Assembly (NCBI GenBank): GCA_023247035.1
Contig: JAHFHG010000002.1
Location: forward strand, 12,090 to 76,089
Reading direction: 5' to 3'
Source of the DNA: Candidatus Omnitrophota bacterium
Lineage (GTDB): Bacteria > Omnitrophota > Omnitrophia > Omnitrophales > Aquincolibacteriaceae
Length of the DNA: 64,000 nucleotides
Numbering within the stretch: position 1 is the stretch's first letter; every line of letters starts with the position of its first letter. This document shows positions 19,512 through 28,334 of this stretch, one piece after another. The notes under the pieces were generated by a model. That model had not been told where the DNA came from, ran no database searches, and was given only the letters and a program-made list of their open reading frames with translations. A program made the translations under genes and the position numbers.

Positions 19512-19840
19512 ACTACCGGCATCAGAGCCTTGCGGCAGGCCGCTGGAATCAGATGATGTTTGTCGAGCAAATGGCGAATATCGGAAGTGAAGTGGAACGC
19601 GCCCTCAATGGGCGGGCAAAAAAGAATGAAGGGTCCTCACAAAAAGCGTTTGAGCGGGCTTTGGAGTTAATGGATTTGACGCTGGGAAGCGCTTCAGGCT
19701 TTGCGCGGCTTAAAGAACTTGCCCGCGTCCGGGAAGCCCTGGTCGATTATTTTTTCGGAACCAATCAGTTTCGGTCCACAGAAGAATCGTGGAGGAAGTA
19801 TTTCCTGCATTTTAACTTTGCCGCGCGCAGGAATCGTTGA
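19508..19840 (+). CDS. Hypothetical protein, possibly a small MazG-like all-alpha NTP pyrophosphohydrolase (weak)
   Basis: Acidic helical pattern EVERAL...ERALELMDL. Only weak resemblance. Confidence 0.35.
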   Translation: MNYRHQSLAAGRWNQMMFVEQMANIGSEVERALNGRAKKNEGSSQKAFERALELMDLTLGSASGFARLKELARVREALVDYFFGTNQFRSTEESWRKYFLHFNFAARRNR

Positions 19841-19844
19841 GTCC

Positions 19845-20156
19845 GTGAAGCGGACAGGCTCATTCCACGTCTACATCGTTCAATGCTCGAATGGAAGTTA
19901 TTACACCGGAAGCACGAGCAATTTAAAAAAAAGGATTGAGCGGCACCGCCAAGGCCGCGGAGCAAAATATCTGCGCGGCAAAGCGCCGATCCGGCTCGTG
20001 TACGCCAAAGAATACCGATATTATAAAAATGTGCTGCGGGCGGAAAGGGATTTGAAGAAATTGAAACGAAAACAGAAACAGGCGCTGATTTTGAATGATG
20101 CTCAAACCCGCAAACTCATGGAAAGAGCCCTTCCTCCCTGCAGTTCTCGGGTTTGA
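19845..20156 (+). CDS. GIY-YIG domain protein (YhbQ/UPF0213-like)
   Basis: FHVYIVQCSNGSYYTGSTSNLKKRIERH...YLRG matches the GIY-YIG core. GTG at 19845 chosen. Confidence 0.7.
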   Translation: MKRTGSFHVYIVQCSNGSYYTGSTSNLKKRIERHRQGRGAKYLRGKAPIRLVYAKEYRYYKNVLRAERDLKKLKRKQKQALILNDAQTRKLMERALPPCSSRV

Positions 20157-20260
20157 AGCGCGGCCTTCCCAAGCGATCCGGCCTAAAAGTTTGACCTGTG
20201 AACCGCTCGACGAAGATTGGTTATTTGAAGGAAGGTTTTAGTTTCATCAATAAGGAAAAA

Positions 20261-20902
20261 ATGTTTTCTGGAATCGTTCAAAATCGAGGGATTGTCCGGC
20301 GGCGGATCCCACAAAACGGCCAAGTCCGATTTTCATTCCGTCTGGAAAAGCCGGAAAAAGGATTGAGGATCGGCGAAAGCATTGCCGTGGACGGCGTTTG
20401 TTTAACGGCCGCTAAAATTGGATCGCGGACCTTTGAAGCGGACGTCATCCGAGAGACTTTAGAGGCGACGACCCTCCGCCGCCTTAAAATGGGAGAGCGG
20501 GTCAATCTGGAACGCGCTCTGAAGTTTGGAGATCGGTTAAGCGGGCACTTTGTGACCGGCCACGTCGACGCTCAAGGAATTCTCCGGAAGATCCGGAAAA
20601 AAGGCGCTAACCGGACTTTTTTCATCGAAGCGCCGAAAGACATATTGAAATTCATTGCGCGAAAAGGATCGATTGCCGTCGACGGCGTCAGCCTTACGAT
20701 CCAAGATCGCTTTGGAAGGATTTTTTCCGTGGGTCTTGTCCCTCACACGCTCAGCGCCACTTCATTGCGCCTCAAAAAAATAGGAGACCCTGTAAATTTA
20801 GAAGCCGACTTGATGGCCCGCTATTTGGACCTTTTAAATTCCGCCGTCCCGCGCGACTTCCGGCGCCTTCAAATTTCAACTTTAAAGAAGCGGGGATTTT
20901 AA
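20261..20902 (+). CDS. ribE: Riboflavin synthase alpha chain
   Basis: MFSGIVQNRG...GESIAVDGVCLT repeat and the GHVD motif. Confidence 0.85.
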   Translation: MFSGIVQNRGIVRRRIPQNGQVRFSFRLEKPEKGLRIGESIAVDGVCLTAAKIGSRTFEADVIRETLEATTLRRLKMGERVNLERALKFGDRLSGHFVTGHVDAQGILRKIRKKGANRTFFIEAPKDILKFIARKGSIAVDGVSLTIQDRFGRIFSVGLVPHTLSATSLRLKKIGDPVNLEADLMARYLDLLNSAVPRDFRRLQISTLKKRGF

Positions 20903-20903
20903 A

Positions 20904-22739
20904 TTGCCCAGCGCCCCGCCGCCTCAAGGAATCAGAATCCACAATGTGACGACGAATGTGACGGGCCGCACGCCGGTCGAGCGGATTGTCTCGGATCAAG
21001 TTTGGCAAAGCGAAATCCGGCCGGTTCTTTCCAGATTTCTTCAGGGCCCCGGAATCAAACATCACAAGGCCTTGATCGGGCAATGGATCATCGAATATGT
21101 TGGAAATGACCCGCATATGCACGAGTTTTTCGTCAAGAATTGGAAGCCGGCGCCGGCCGAAGCCTCGCCGCACATTCAAAGTTACGTTTTCACCGGGATT
21201 CAAGATCGTGAAGGGATGAAAAAGTTTCTGGGATTGAGGAGCGAGGAGGAGGTCCGTAATCACCGGGAAAATTTTTTGCGGATCATTCAAAATAATAAAA
21301 AATACCGCAGCGCGCTGCGCGATCCGAGACTCAAAGAGATCGAGAGGTATCCCGAAAACGAGCAGCTTGATATCGCGCTTTTCGCGCCCGCCACGGTCTA
21401 TGGCCCGCAGGAAAAAAGTTTTGTCAGCCTCAACACGAATTACTACGGCCAGCTCAAATCCAAGTCCTCGTTAGGGCCGCTTGAGGAATACCTGATCGAG
21501 AAAGCGCGCGTCACGCCGGAAGGAAAAATTTTGAATCCTGCGGACGTATGGCTTTCAATGCACGCGGGCTGCAGCGAATACACTGCGGAAAACGGCCAAA
21601 AACGGGGCATTGTCATTCTCGCGCCGACGGGAAGCGGAAAATCGACGCACGGCTACGGCCTGGTCGAGGCCAAAAAACGCAACCGCCTGCATTCCGACGA
21701 TTGGGTTTTTGTCAACCTCGCTTCGCGCGAAGTCATGATCTCCGAAAATCAGTTTTATATGCGCACCAATATCGCCGGCATTTACCCTCACTTAATTCCG
21801 CTGCTGGTCAATCAGCCCTTGGAAAACGCCGCCTTGAGTCCGGAAATCATCCGGCTTCTTGAGCATTTTGATTCGCCCGAAGATTTGCGTAACGCTTTCA
21901 CGGACGGCCGCGTCTCCGCTTCGGATTACCGCAAGATCAGGGAACAGATGATCGAAAATAACGCGGCCCGGGCCTTGATCGATCCGCGGCTCATGGTCGG
22001 CGCGGAAAAATTCATCGAAAAAACAGCGCTGACCGATCTCTTTTTGATGAAGAGGGATTATGACAGCCGGATGGTTTTAAAAATTCTCACGGAAGATGAA
22101 ACGATCGAGATCCTGACGTCGAAGGGAAATGTTTTTAATTATGTTTACGGAAAGTCCGACGCGGACGGCTACGGAATCCTGGAAGGCAGGACAACGGAAA
22201 TTTATTATAATCCTTATCTCTGCCAATGCGGCGTGGATGCCGAAAAAGGGAAAATCAGCGGGTTGGATAAGATCAGGATCGAAGCCTACCGCACGCTTGC
22301 GCGTCATCCGGAGATCCGCGTTTCGTGGGTCAATACGCGGCTTCCTGCGGCGCAATGCCAGTTCTGTCTCCGGCGGTTTCTGGAGGGCGGGATCGATTTT
22401 ATCCAGGTGGAAAAAGGCCGGACCGTCGAGCGGGAAATAATGGATTTGCTTCACCTGAATGAAAAGGAAAAATCGCCGCTTCCGGGGCGCAGAGAAATGG
22501 ACAGGACCGGGCTTTACGACCCCAGCGGGCAGGAGGTCGAGGTGATTGCTTTTTACTCGCAGGACAAAGCCGAAGAGGTCATTGCATTTTTTAAATCTGC
22601 GCAGGAGGGCGTAAAAAATCCGGTCGCCGGATATTTAAGCCGCCCTTTTGCGGAGGCTTCGTTTCGCGTGGAACTCCCAGAAACATTTTTCAAAAAATAC
22701 GCGCGCTTAGGCGTCGGCGAATTGCTTGGGAAGAATTAG
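20904..22739 (+). CDS. Hypothetical 611-aa P-loop protein with an HprK/PEPCK-like kinase core
   Basis: GIVILAPTGSGKSTHGYGL...RLHSDDWVFV resembles the HprK Walker A plus its downstream DD motif. Confidence 0.5.
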   Translation: MPSAPPPQGIRIHNVTTNVTGRTPVERIVSDQVWQSEIRPVLSRFLQGPGIKHHKALIGQWIIEYVGNDPHMHEFFVKNWKPAPAEASPHIQSYVFTGIQDREGMKKFLGLRSEEEVRNHRENFLRIIQNNKKYRSALRDPRLKEIERYPENEQLDIALFAPATVYGPQEKSFVSLNTNYYGQLKSKSSLGPLEEYLIEKARVTPEGKILNPADVWLSMHAGCSEYTAENGQKRGIVILAPTGSGKSTHGYGLVEAKKRNRLHSDDWVFVNLASREVMISENQFYMRTNIAGIYPHLIPLLVNQPLENAALSPEIIRLLEHFDSPEDLRNAFTDGRVSASDYRKIREQMIENNAARALIDPRLMVGAEKFIEKTALTDLFLMKRDYDSRMVLKILTEDETIEILTSKGNVFNYVYGKSDADGYGILEGRTTEIYYNPYLCQCGVDAEKGKISGLDKIRIEAYRTLARHPEIRVSWVNTRLPAAQCQFCLRRFLEGGIDFIQVEKGRTVEREIMDLLHLNEKEKSPLPGRREMDRTGLYDPSGQEVEVIAFYSQDKAEEVIAFFKSAQEGVKNPVAGYLSRPFAEASFRVELPETFFKKYARLGVGELLGKN

Positions 22740-22745
22740 CCCGCC

Positions 22746-24158
22746 ATGAATGAAAATTTCCACGCGGTTTTGATTGCCGGCACGCATTCCAGCGCCGGCA
22801 AGACCACCTGGTCGCTCGCTTTAATGGCGCTGGCCCGGAAAAAAGGACTCACGGTGCAGCCCTTTAAGGCGGGCCCGGATTACATCGATCCGGGTTTCCA
22901 TCATGAAATTTGCTCTCCGCGGCGTTCAAGAAACCTCGACCTCTTTTTCCTTTCAAAAGAAAAAATATCCGAGAGTTTTCATAACCGCTCTCGGGATACC
23001 GGCCTCGCGATTGTGGAAGGAGTCATGGGACTTTATGACGGCAAAGGGCCGAGCGGTACCGAAGGAAGCAGCGCGGAACTGGCGAAGATTTTGAGGCTTC
23101 CGGTTCTGTTAGTGATCGACGGCTCGAAAATGGCCGGGAGCGCGGCGGCATTGGTTTCAGGATTTAAAAATTTTGATCCCGCAGTTCATTTGGCCGGTGT
23201 TTTGATCAATCGCGTGCGGCCGGGGCATTTCCATTTGCTCAAGCGGGCGATTGAACTTTCGACGGGGCTCCCGTGTCTTGGATTCCTGCCCGAGGAGGAA
23301 GCCTTTTCGATTCCCGAGAGGCATTTAGGATTGACCCCCGCCGCTGAGACGCAAAATTGGAAAGTGAAAATCGACCGGGCCGCCTCTTTTCTTGAAAAGA
23401 ATTTGGATTGGGATGCTTTCCTCCGGATTTCCACGATTCCAAGACCGCCTGCGCAAGCTCAGCCTAAGGAGAAGGTTGAAAGGAATAAGTCTTCCCAAGA
23501 ACCGGTTAAGATCGGCGTGGCGCGTGACGCCGCTTTTTCCTTTTATTATGAAGACAACTTGGATCTCCTCAACGAGCAGGGAGCGGAGATTCTTTTCTTT
23601 TCTCCCCTTAAGGATCCTGTTTTGCCCGAAGGCTTGGATTTCCTTTATCTGGGAGGCGGATTCCCTGAAATTTACGCCCAGGAGCTCGCCAAGAATGAAT
23701 CGATGATAAAATCCGTCCGGGATTTTTACGCCCGGGGCGGTTTTATTTACGGCGAATGCGGCGGGCTTATTTATTTGGCGGAGGCTTTCTGCGATTCAGA
23801 CGGAACGGAATATCCTTTATTGAAATTGCTGCCGGGAAAAATCGCGATGACCCGCCGGTTGCAGAATTTCGGATACCATGAAATAAAAACGCAAACCGAT
23901 ACTTTCCTATTTTCCAAAAATACGGCGCTTCGATCTCATGAATTCCATTATTCGATTTGGAATCAGGAAGGAAACGCCTCTCCGGCGTATCAGATCGGAG
24001 ACCGGCCGGAAGGTTTTGCGTCCGGGCGGATTTTTGCAAGTTATCAGCACTTGCATTTTGGTTTGGATTCCCGGATTTTAGCCCGGCTGTTTGAAAGTTT
24101 AAAGGCTTCCCAAGATCTTAATCGCGGCAAACAAATAAAAAAGGAGGAAAAACAATGA
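22746..24158 (+). CDS. cbiA: Cobyrinate a,c-diamide synthase (CbiA/CobB)
   Basis: N-terminus AVLIAGTHSSAGKTT and a C-terminal GATase1 domain with a conserved Cys (GECGG). Confidence 0.85.
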   Translation: MNENFHAVLIAGTHSSAGKTTWSLALMALARKKGLTVQPFKAGPDYIDPGFHHEICSPRRSRNLDLFFLSKEKISESFHNRSRDTGLAIVEGVMGLYDGKGPSGTEGSSAELAKILRLPVLLVIDGSKMAGSAAALVSGFKNFDPAVHLAGVLINRVRPGHFHLLKRAIELSTGLPCLGFLPEEEAFSIPERHLGLTPAAETQNWKVKIDRAASFLEKNLDWDAFLRISTIPRPPAQAQPKEKVERNKSSQEPVKIGVARDAAFSFYYEDNLDLLNEQGAEILFFSPLKDPVLPEGLDFLYLGGGFPEIYAQELAKNESMIKSVRDFYARGGFIYGECGGLIYLAEAFCDSDGTEYPLLKLLPGKIAMTRRLQNFGYHEIKTQTDTFLFSKNTALRSHEFHYSIWNQEGNASPAYQIGDRPEGFASGRIFASYQHLHFGLDSRILARLFESLKASQDLNRGKQIKKEEKQ

Positions 24159-24505
24159 AATCAAAACAGACGAAGGCGGTTTTCATTGCGCTGGTTTTGT
24201 CCCTCGGATTTATTTCTAACTTTCCGCTTGCGGCGCAGGCGGCGGGGGAGGGAACGACGGGGGATTATTTCGTCGATATCGGAACGAAGTTCGGCAGGGG
24301 CCTTTGGAACACGGTTTCAAGTCCGGCCGAGATCCCCTGCACGATCACGGCGGATATTCAAAATCAGGGGGGCGTCGGATTTTTCAGCGGTTTTGGAAAG
24401 GGAATCTTGTTTATGCTGCGCCGCATTCTTGTCGGAGTCACCGAAGTCGGCACGTTTATCATTCCGATGGGCGCGACGATTCCTGCTGTTTGCAGTTCGA
24501 AATAA
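24155..24505 (+). CDS. Small exported hypothetical protein
   Basis: Signal peptide MKSKQTKAVFIALVLSLGFISNFPLAAQA. Sits between cbiA and cobQ. Confidence 0.4.
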   Translation: MKSKQTKAVFIALVLSLGFISNFPLAAQAAGEGTTGDYFVDIGTKFGRGLWNTVSSPAEIPCTITADIQNQGGVGFFSGFGKGILFMLRRILVGVTEVGTFIIPMGATIPAVCSSK

Positions 24506-24511
24506 ATACGA

Positions 24512-26041
24512 ATGAAAAAAGCTAAAAGCTTGATGGTGCTCGGCACGGGTTCCGGCGTCGGCAAGTCCTTTGTGGCCGCAGGGCTCTGCCGTTTGCTTTC
24601 CAATTCCGGATTTCGCACGGCCCCTTTCAAGGCGCAAAATATGTCCAACAATTCTTACGTGACGGAGGAGGGCGGAGAAATCGGCCGGGCCCAGGCCGTG
24701 CAAGCGGAGTGCGCCCGGGTCACGCCTCATACGGATATGAATCCGGTGCTTTTAAAACCGGCCTCGGACAACGGCTCTCAAGTGATTTTGCAGGGAAAAT
24801 CGATCGGGCATTTTAAAGCCCGCGAATTTTATTCTCAAAGGGAACGGATCGCAAAGGCCATCCGCGAATCTTACGAACGCCTGTCCGCTTCTTATGAAAT
24901 GATTATCTTAGAAGGCGCGGGAAGCCCGGCGGAAATCAATCTGAAAAAAAATGACCTCGTCAATATGCCGATGGCCCGGCTTGCAGGCGCGCGCTGCATT
25001 CTTGTCGGCGACATTGACCGGGGCGGTGTTTTCGCTTCCCTGATCGGGACGCTGAGCCTGCTGGAGGCTGAGGAACAGGAACGGATCGCCGGATTTGTGA
25101 TCAATAAATTCCGCGGCGATTTCTCGCTTCTTGAAGACGGCCTAGACTTTTTAGAGGAGCGGACGGGAAAAAAAGTCTGGGGCGTGCTTCCTTACGATCG
25201 CGATTTGTGGATCGAGGAAGAGGACGCGCTTGCGGTGGAGAATACGAATTTTCGTGATCCAGATAAACAAAAACTTGATAAACTTGATATCGCCGTCATT
25301 TTGCTGCCGCGGCTTTCCAATTTTACGGATTTCGAAATCCTCAAACACGATCCTTCCGTTCAGCTCCGTTATATCAAAAAACCCGAAGAAGTGGGGGAGC
25401 CTGACCTTTTAATTTTGCCCGGCACGAAAGCGACGCTTGCCGACTTGGCGTACCTTAAGGAAAAGAGATTGGATACAAAGATTCTGGATTTTGCGGATCG
25501 AGGCGGCAGGATCCTCGGCATTTGCGGGGGCTATCAAATGATGGGAACGCGCCTTCGTGATCCGCACGGTTTTGAGGAAAGGAATCAAGGGGAAATCGAA
25601 GGCCTTAAGCTGTTTAAAATGGCCACGGAATTTTATCCTGAAAAGGTGTTGCGAAAGGCCGAAGATTTTGTCGATTCGGAAATTTTCGGCGCGCGCGTTT
25701 CGGGAAAACTGGAGTGTTACGAAATCCATATGGGGCAAAGCACGCTTGAAGAGTCTTATCAACCGTTCGGAACTTGCGGCGCTATCCATCCTTCAGGAAA
25801 AATATTGGGCACGTATTATCACGGATTATTCGACAGCGGGGAATTTCGCGAGTCCTTTTTGAATGCGCTCGCTCAAAGCGCGGGGAAGCGGAGAGCCGGC
25901 GGAGGGCATTTACAATCTGCAGGCCAACTCAAGGAAATTCATTATGAGCGTCTCAGCCGGCTTCTTTTGCAGCGCCTTAATCTGAATTTATTAAGCGAGG
26001 CGTTGGGGATTACGGAATTTCATGCGGTTCCTCAGGCGTAG
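24512..26041 (+). CDS. cobQ: Cobyric acid synthase
   Basis: SLMVLGTGSGVGKS start and a GATase-like C-terminus (ICGGYQMMG). Confidence 0.9.
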   Translation: MKKAKSLMVLGTGSGVGKSFVAAGLCRLLSNSGFRTAPFKAQNMSNNSYVTEEGGEIGRAQAVQAECARVTPHTDMNPVLLKPASDNGSQVILQGKSIGHFKAREFYSQRERIAKAIRESYERLSASYEMIILEGAGSPAEINLKKNDLVNMPMARLAGARCILVGDIDRGGVFASLIGTLSLLEAEEQERIAGFVINKFRGDFSLLEDGLDFLEERTGKKVWGVLPYDRDLWIEEEDALAVENTNFRDPDKQKLDKLDIAVILLPRLSNFTDFEILKHDPSVQLRYIKKPEEVGEPDLLILPGTKATLADLAYLKEKRLDTKILDFADRGGRILGICGGYQMMGTRLRDPHGFEERNQGEIEGLKLFKMATEFYPEKVLRKAEDFVDSEIFGARVSGKLECYEIHMGQSTLEESYQPFGTCGAIHPSGKILGTYYHGLFDSGEFRESFLNALAQSAGKRRAGGGHLQSAGQLKEIHYERLSRLLLQRLNLNLLSEALGITEFHAVPQA

Positions 26042-26118
26042 GGGTTGCAATGCCCCCCCTGCGATCAGCGCAACGAATGTATTGCAATTTAGGATTATTG
26101 TTTTATGATTTTTAATCT

Positions 26119-26529
26119 ATGCCGACGAAAAAAGACGCTTACCTGATTATCGCGCACGGGACCCGGGATCCGGAAGGCCGGCGCGCCTTCGGGGAATTTC
26201 TCGGAAAATTCCGGGCGGCTTATCCGCACCGGCATATCCAGGGCGCATTTTTAAGTATGGGCGAACCGACGGTCCCTCAAGCCGTTGAGCGCTGCGTCCA
26301 GGAAGGGGCCCGGCAAATTTTCGTCATTCCTCTTTTGTTTTTTTCCGGCCGGCACGCAAAGGAAGATATCCCCCGCCGCATTCAGGAGGCGAAAAGCACT
26401 TACCCCGAGATTGACTTTCATTATGCGAGTCCGCTCGCCGAAAATCCCAAGTTGTTTTCACTCTTGGAAGAAAAGATGAAGACCTTAACACAAGGTAAGA
26501 TGAAAGGCAAATGCACCAACGCGGTATAA
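26119..26529 (+). CDS. cbiX: Sirohydrochlorin cobaltochelatase, short form (CbiX-like)
   Basis: AYLIIAHGTRDPEGR ... FVIPLLFFSGRHAKEDI. Confidence 0.7.
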   Translation: MPTKKDAYLIIAHGTRDPEGRRAFGEFLGKFRAAYPHRHIQGAFLSMGEPTVPQAVERCVQEGARQIFVIPLLFFSGRHAKEDIPRRIQEAKSTYPEIDFHYASPLAENPKLFSLLEEKMKTLTQGKMKGKCTNAV

Positions 26530-26559
26530 AGCGATGAGTTCAACCGCTGGAGGTGCAAG

Positions 26560-27106
26560 ATGGAGTATTCAAACCCTTGAGAGGAAAATGTTGGATGAAG
26601 ACCTGGAGTTTTTAGAAGCTTTGAGGACGTTCGGTCTATGGGATCAGTTTTGGAGGAACTGAGAGAAAAGGATGAAGTCGGTAGAGGGTTTGAAGAGCGT
26701 TCCCGGGATCGGGAAATTCTTCGCGATGCCCATACGCCACGAGATTGAGGGCATCGATTGATTTCAGACATCCGATAAGCTTTGTGCTTATGCAGGATGG
26801 GTCTCCTCGACTTGCGGCATCATCAAGCAAGGGAATAAATGCTTACGGTGTGCGCTTATTGAAGCGGTGATTCCGGCCATTAGAGTCGATGCGCAGTTTA
26901 GAAGTTATTACGAATCCATGAAGGTGAAGAAAGGCGCCAACGCAGCGAAGGCGGCGACAGCAAGAAGACTGCTGAGAATCATTTGCCGGATTTGGAAAGA
27001 GAAAAGATTGTATCGAACACAATCACTTAATGGACCGCTCTCCTCACCTCCTAAAGGTCCCGGATTTATGGGGAGCGTTCTTGGACATAGGTTAGAGGAT
27101 CCGTGA
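26560..27106 (+). mobile_element. IS110-family transposase remnant: C-terminal Transposase_20 region only, with at least one frameshift; the DEDD N-terminal domain is absent
   Basis: LKSVPGIGKFFAMPIRHEIEGID then, after a frameshift, FQTSDKLCAYAGW...GANAAKAATARRLLRIICRIWKE; typical IS110/IS116/IS902 C-terminus. Confidence 0.6.
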
Positions 27107-27247
27107 ATCGGATTTTACGATGTGCGGCGCTGATGCGGGCACGAATAGAAGGATGATCAGCTTTTATGAGGGGATCAAAGCAACAAAAGCCAATGCAGCC
27201 CCTTAAAAAATAATCTTGCATTTGGCTTTCATAGAAGGAGACAAGGC

Positions 27248-27442
27248 ATGAGCGAATCGAAAAAACCAAAATATGAACCTCCGAAAGTTTACCGCGTTGT
27301 GCTGAACCACGATCAGGCGATCCTTTCGGGCTGCTCCACAGGGACGACGAGTATTTCCAACACGACCGGCGCGAATTGTAATACCAGCTGCCGCCGAAGC
27401 ACGTCCACCGCGACCAGTTCCAACTCATCGGCTTCCTCGTAA
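27248..27442 (+). CDS. Candidate RiPP precursor peptide (64 aa; leader MSESKKPKYEPPKVYRVVLNHDQAIL, core rich in Ser/Thr/Asn/Gly with 3 Cys)
   Basis: AAGGAG Shine-Dalgarno 7 nt upstream. Stop lies 8 nt before the kinase gene. Low-complexity STNC core. Confidence 0.5.
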   Translation: MSESKKPKYEPPKVYRVVLNHDQAILSGCSTGTTSISNTTGANCNTSCRRSTSTATSSNSSASS

Positions 27443-27450
27443 AACCGGCG

Positions 27451-28326
27451 ATGCGGAATAAACGCTTTGAGATCGCCAATATTCCGTTTAGTTTCCTTCA
27501 CGATTCCTTTCATATTACCGACTGGCCGAACCCTTTTTATTTCCCGTTTCAAACTCAGAAGCCCGAGTTGATCAGGATACAAACCCGCCGCCTGAGAAAT
27601 ATTCCCTCCCGCGCTTCTTTTTCTGACCTGCGCTTCGACGGCGGTGCGCATTGGCGCCTTTTCGAGAATCACGGGCAATTCGAAGTCCATCTTTTCGATC
27701 CCAAAACCAAAGCGCACGACCGGACGGCGCGTATCTCGCCTGATTTTACGGAAGTGGAGCTGATCCATTGGAAAAAGTCTCATTTCCTGAACTGGATCCT
27801 GCGTCCGCTTGCCGAGATTCTGCTCGTCCATTATCTTGCGTCCCGGGAAGGTTTGCTGGTTCACGCAGCGGCGGTGCGGGACGGCGATCAGGCCTATCTT
27901 TTCGTGGGCCGCTCCGGCGCCGGAAAAACCACGATTTCAACGTTTTGGGCCGGCGTCGAGGGCGACGTTTCTGTTTTGGGAGACGAGCGGCTCGTGGTGC
28001 GGCGCGAGGCCGGCGAATGGTTTGCGTACGGCACTCCCTGGCCGGGAATGGGTTTCCGCTGCAACAATGAACGCGTGCGGATCAGCCGCGTTTTTTTTAT
28101 CCGCCACGGGAGTGAGCATGAAATCATCGAGCAGGGTCCCGCCCTTTATTTTAATGAATTGTTCACGCAGGTTTTTTCCTCTTTTTGGAACCTTGAGGCG
28201 CTCGATCAAATCACGCGGACTTGCCAGAAAGCTGTGGAGGAAATTCCCTGCCGCCTGCTGGCCTTCGCGAAAGCGCCGGATGTGACCGGGTTTGTCAGGA
28301 ATTTTAACTGCGCCGCGCAGCCTTAA
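27451..28326 (+). CDS. HprK-related P-loop serine kinase-like protein
   Basis: AYLFVGRSGAGKTTIS...VLGDERLVV parallels the HprK C-terminal kinase core (Walker A plus acidic motif). Confidence 0.6.
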   Translation: MRNKRFEIANIPFSFLHDSFHITDWPNPFYFPFQTQKPELIRIQTRRLRNIPSRASFSDLRFDGGAHWRLFENHGQFEVHLFDPKTKAHDRTARISPDFTEVELIHWKKSHFLNWILRPLAEILLVHYLASREGLLVHAAAVRDGDQAYLFVGRSGAGKTTISTFWAGVEGDVSVLGDERLVVRREAGEWFAYGTPWPGMGFRCNNERVRISRVFFIRHGSEHEIIEQGPALYFNELFTQVFSSFWNLEALDQITRTCQKAVEEIPCRLLAFAKAPDVTGFVRNFNCAAQP

Positions 28327-28334
28327 ATCCGCTT

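Noticed and set aside
27313-27864. 183-aa minus-strand ORF overlapping the precursor peptide and the kinase N-terminus
   Set aside because: No domain signature and no RBS. The + strand genes have a P-loop motif, tight operon spacing and a strong SD, so they were preferred. This remains a caveat for the precursor call.
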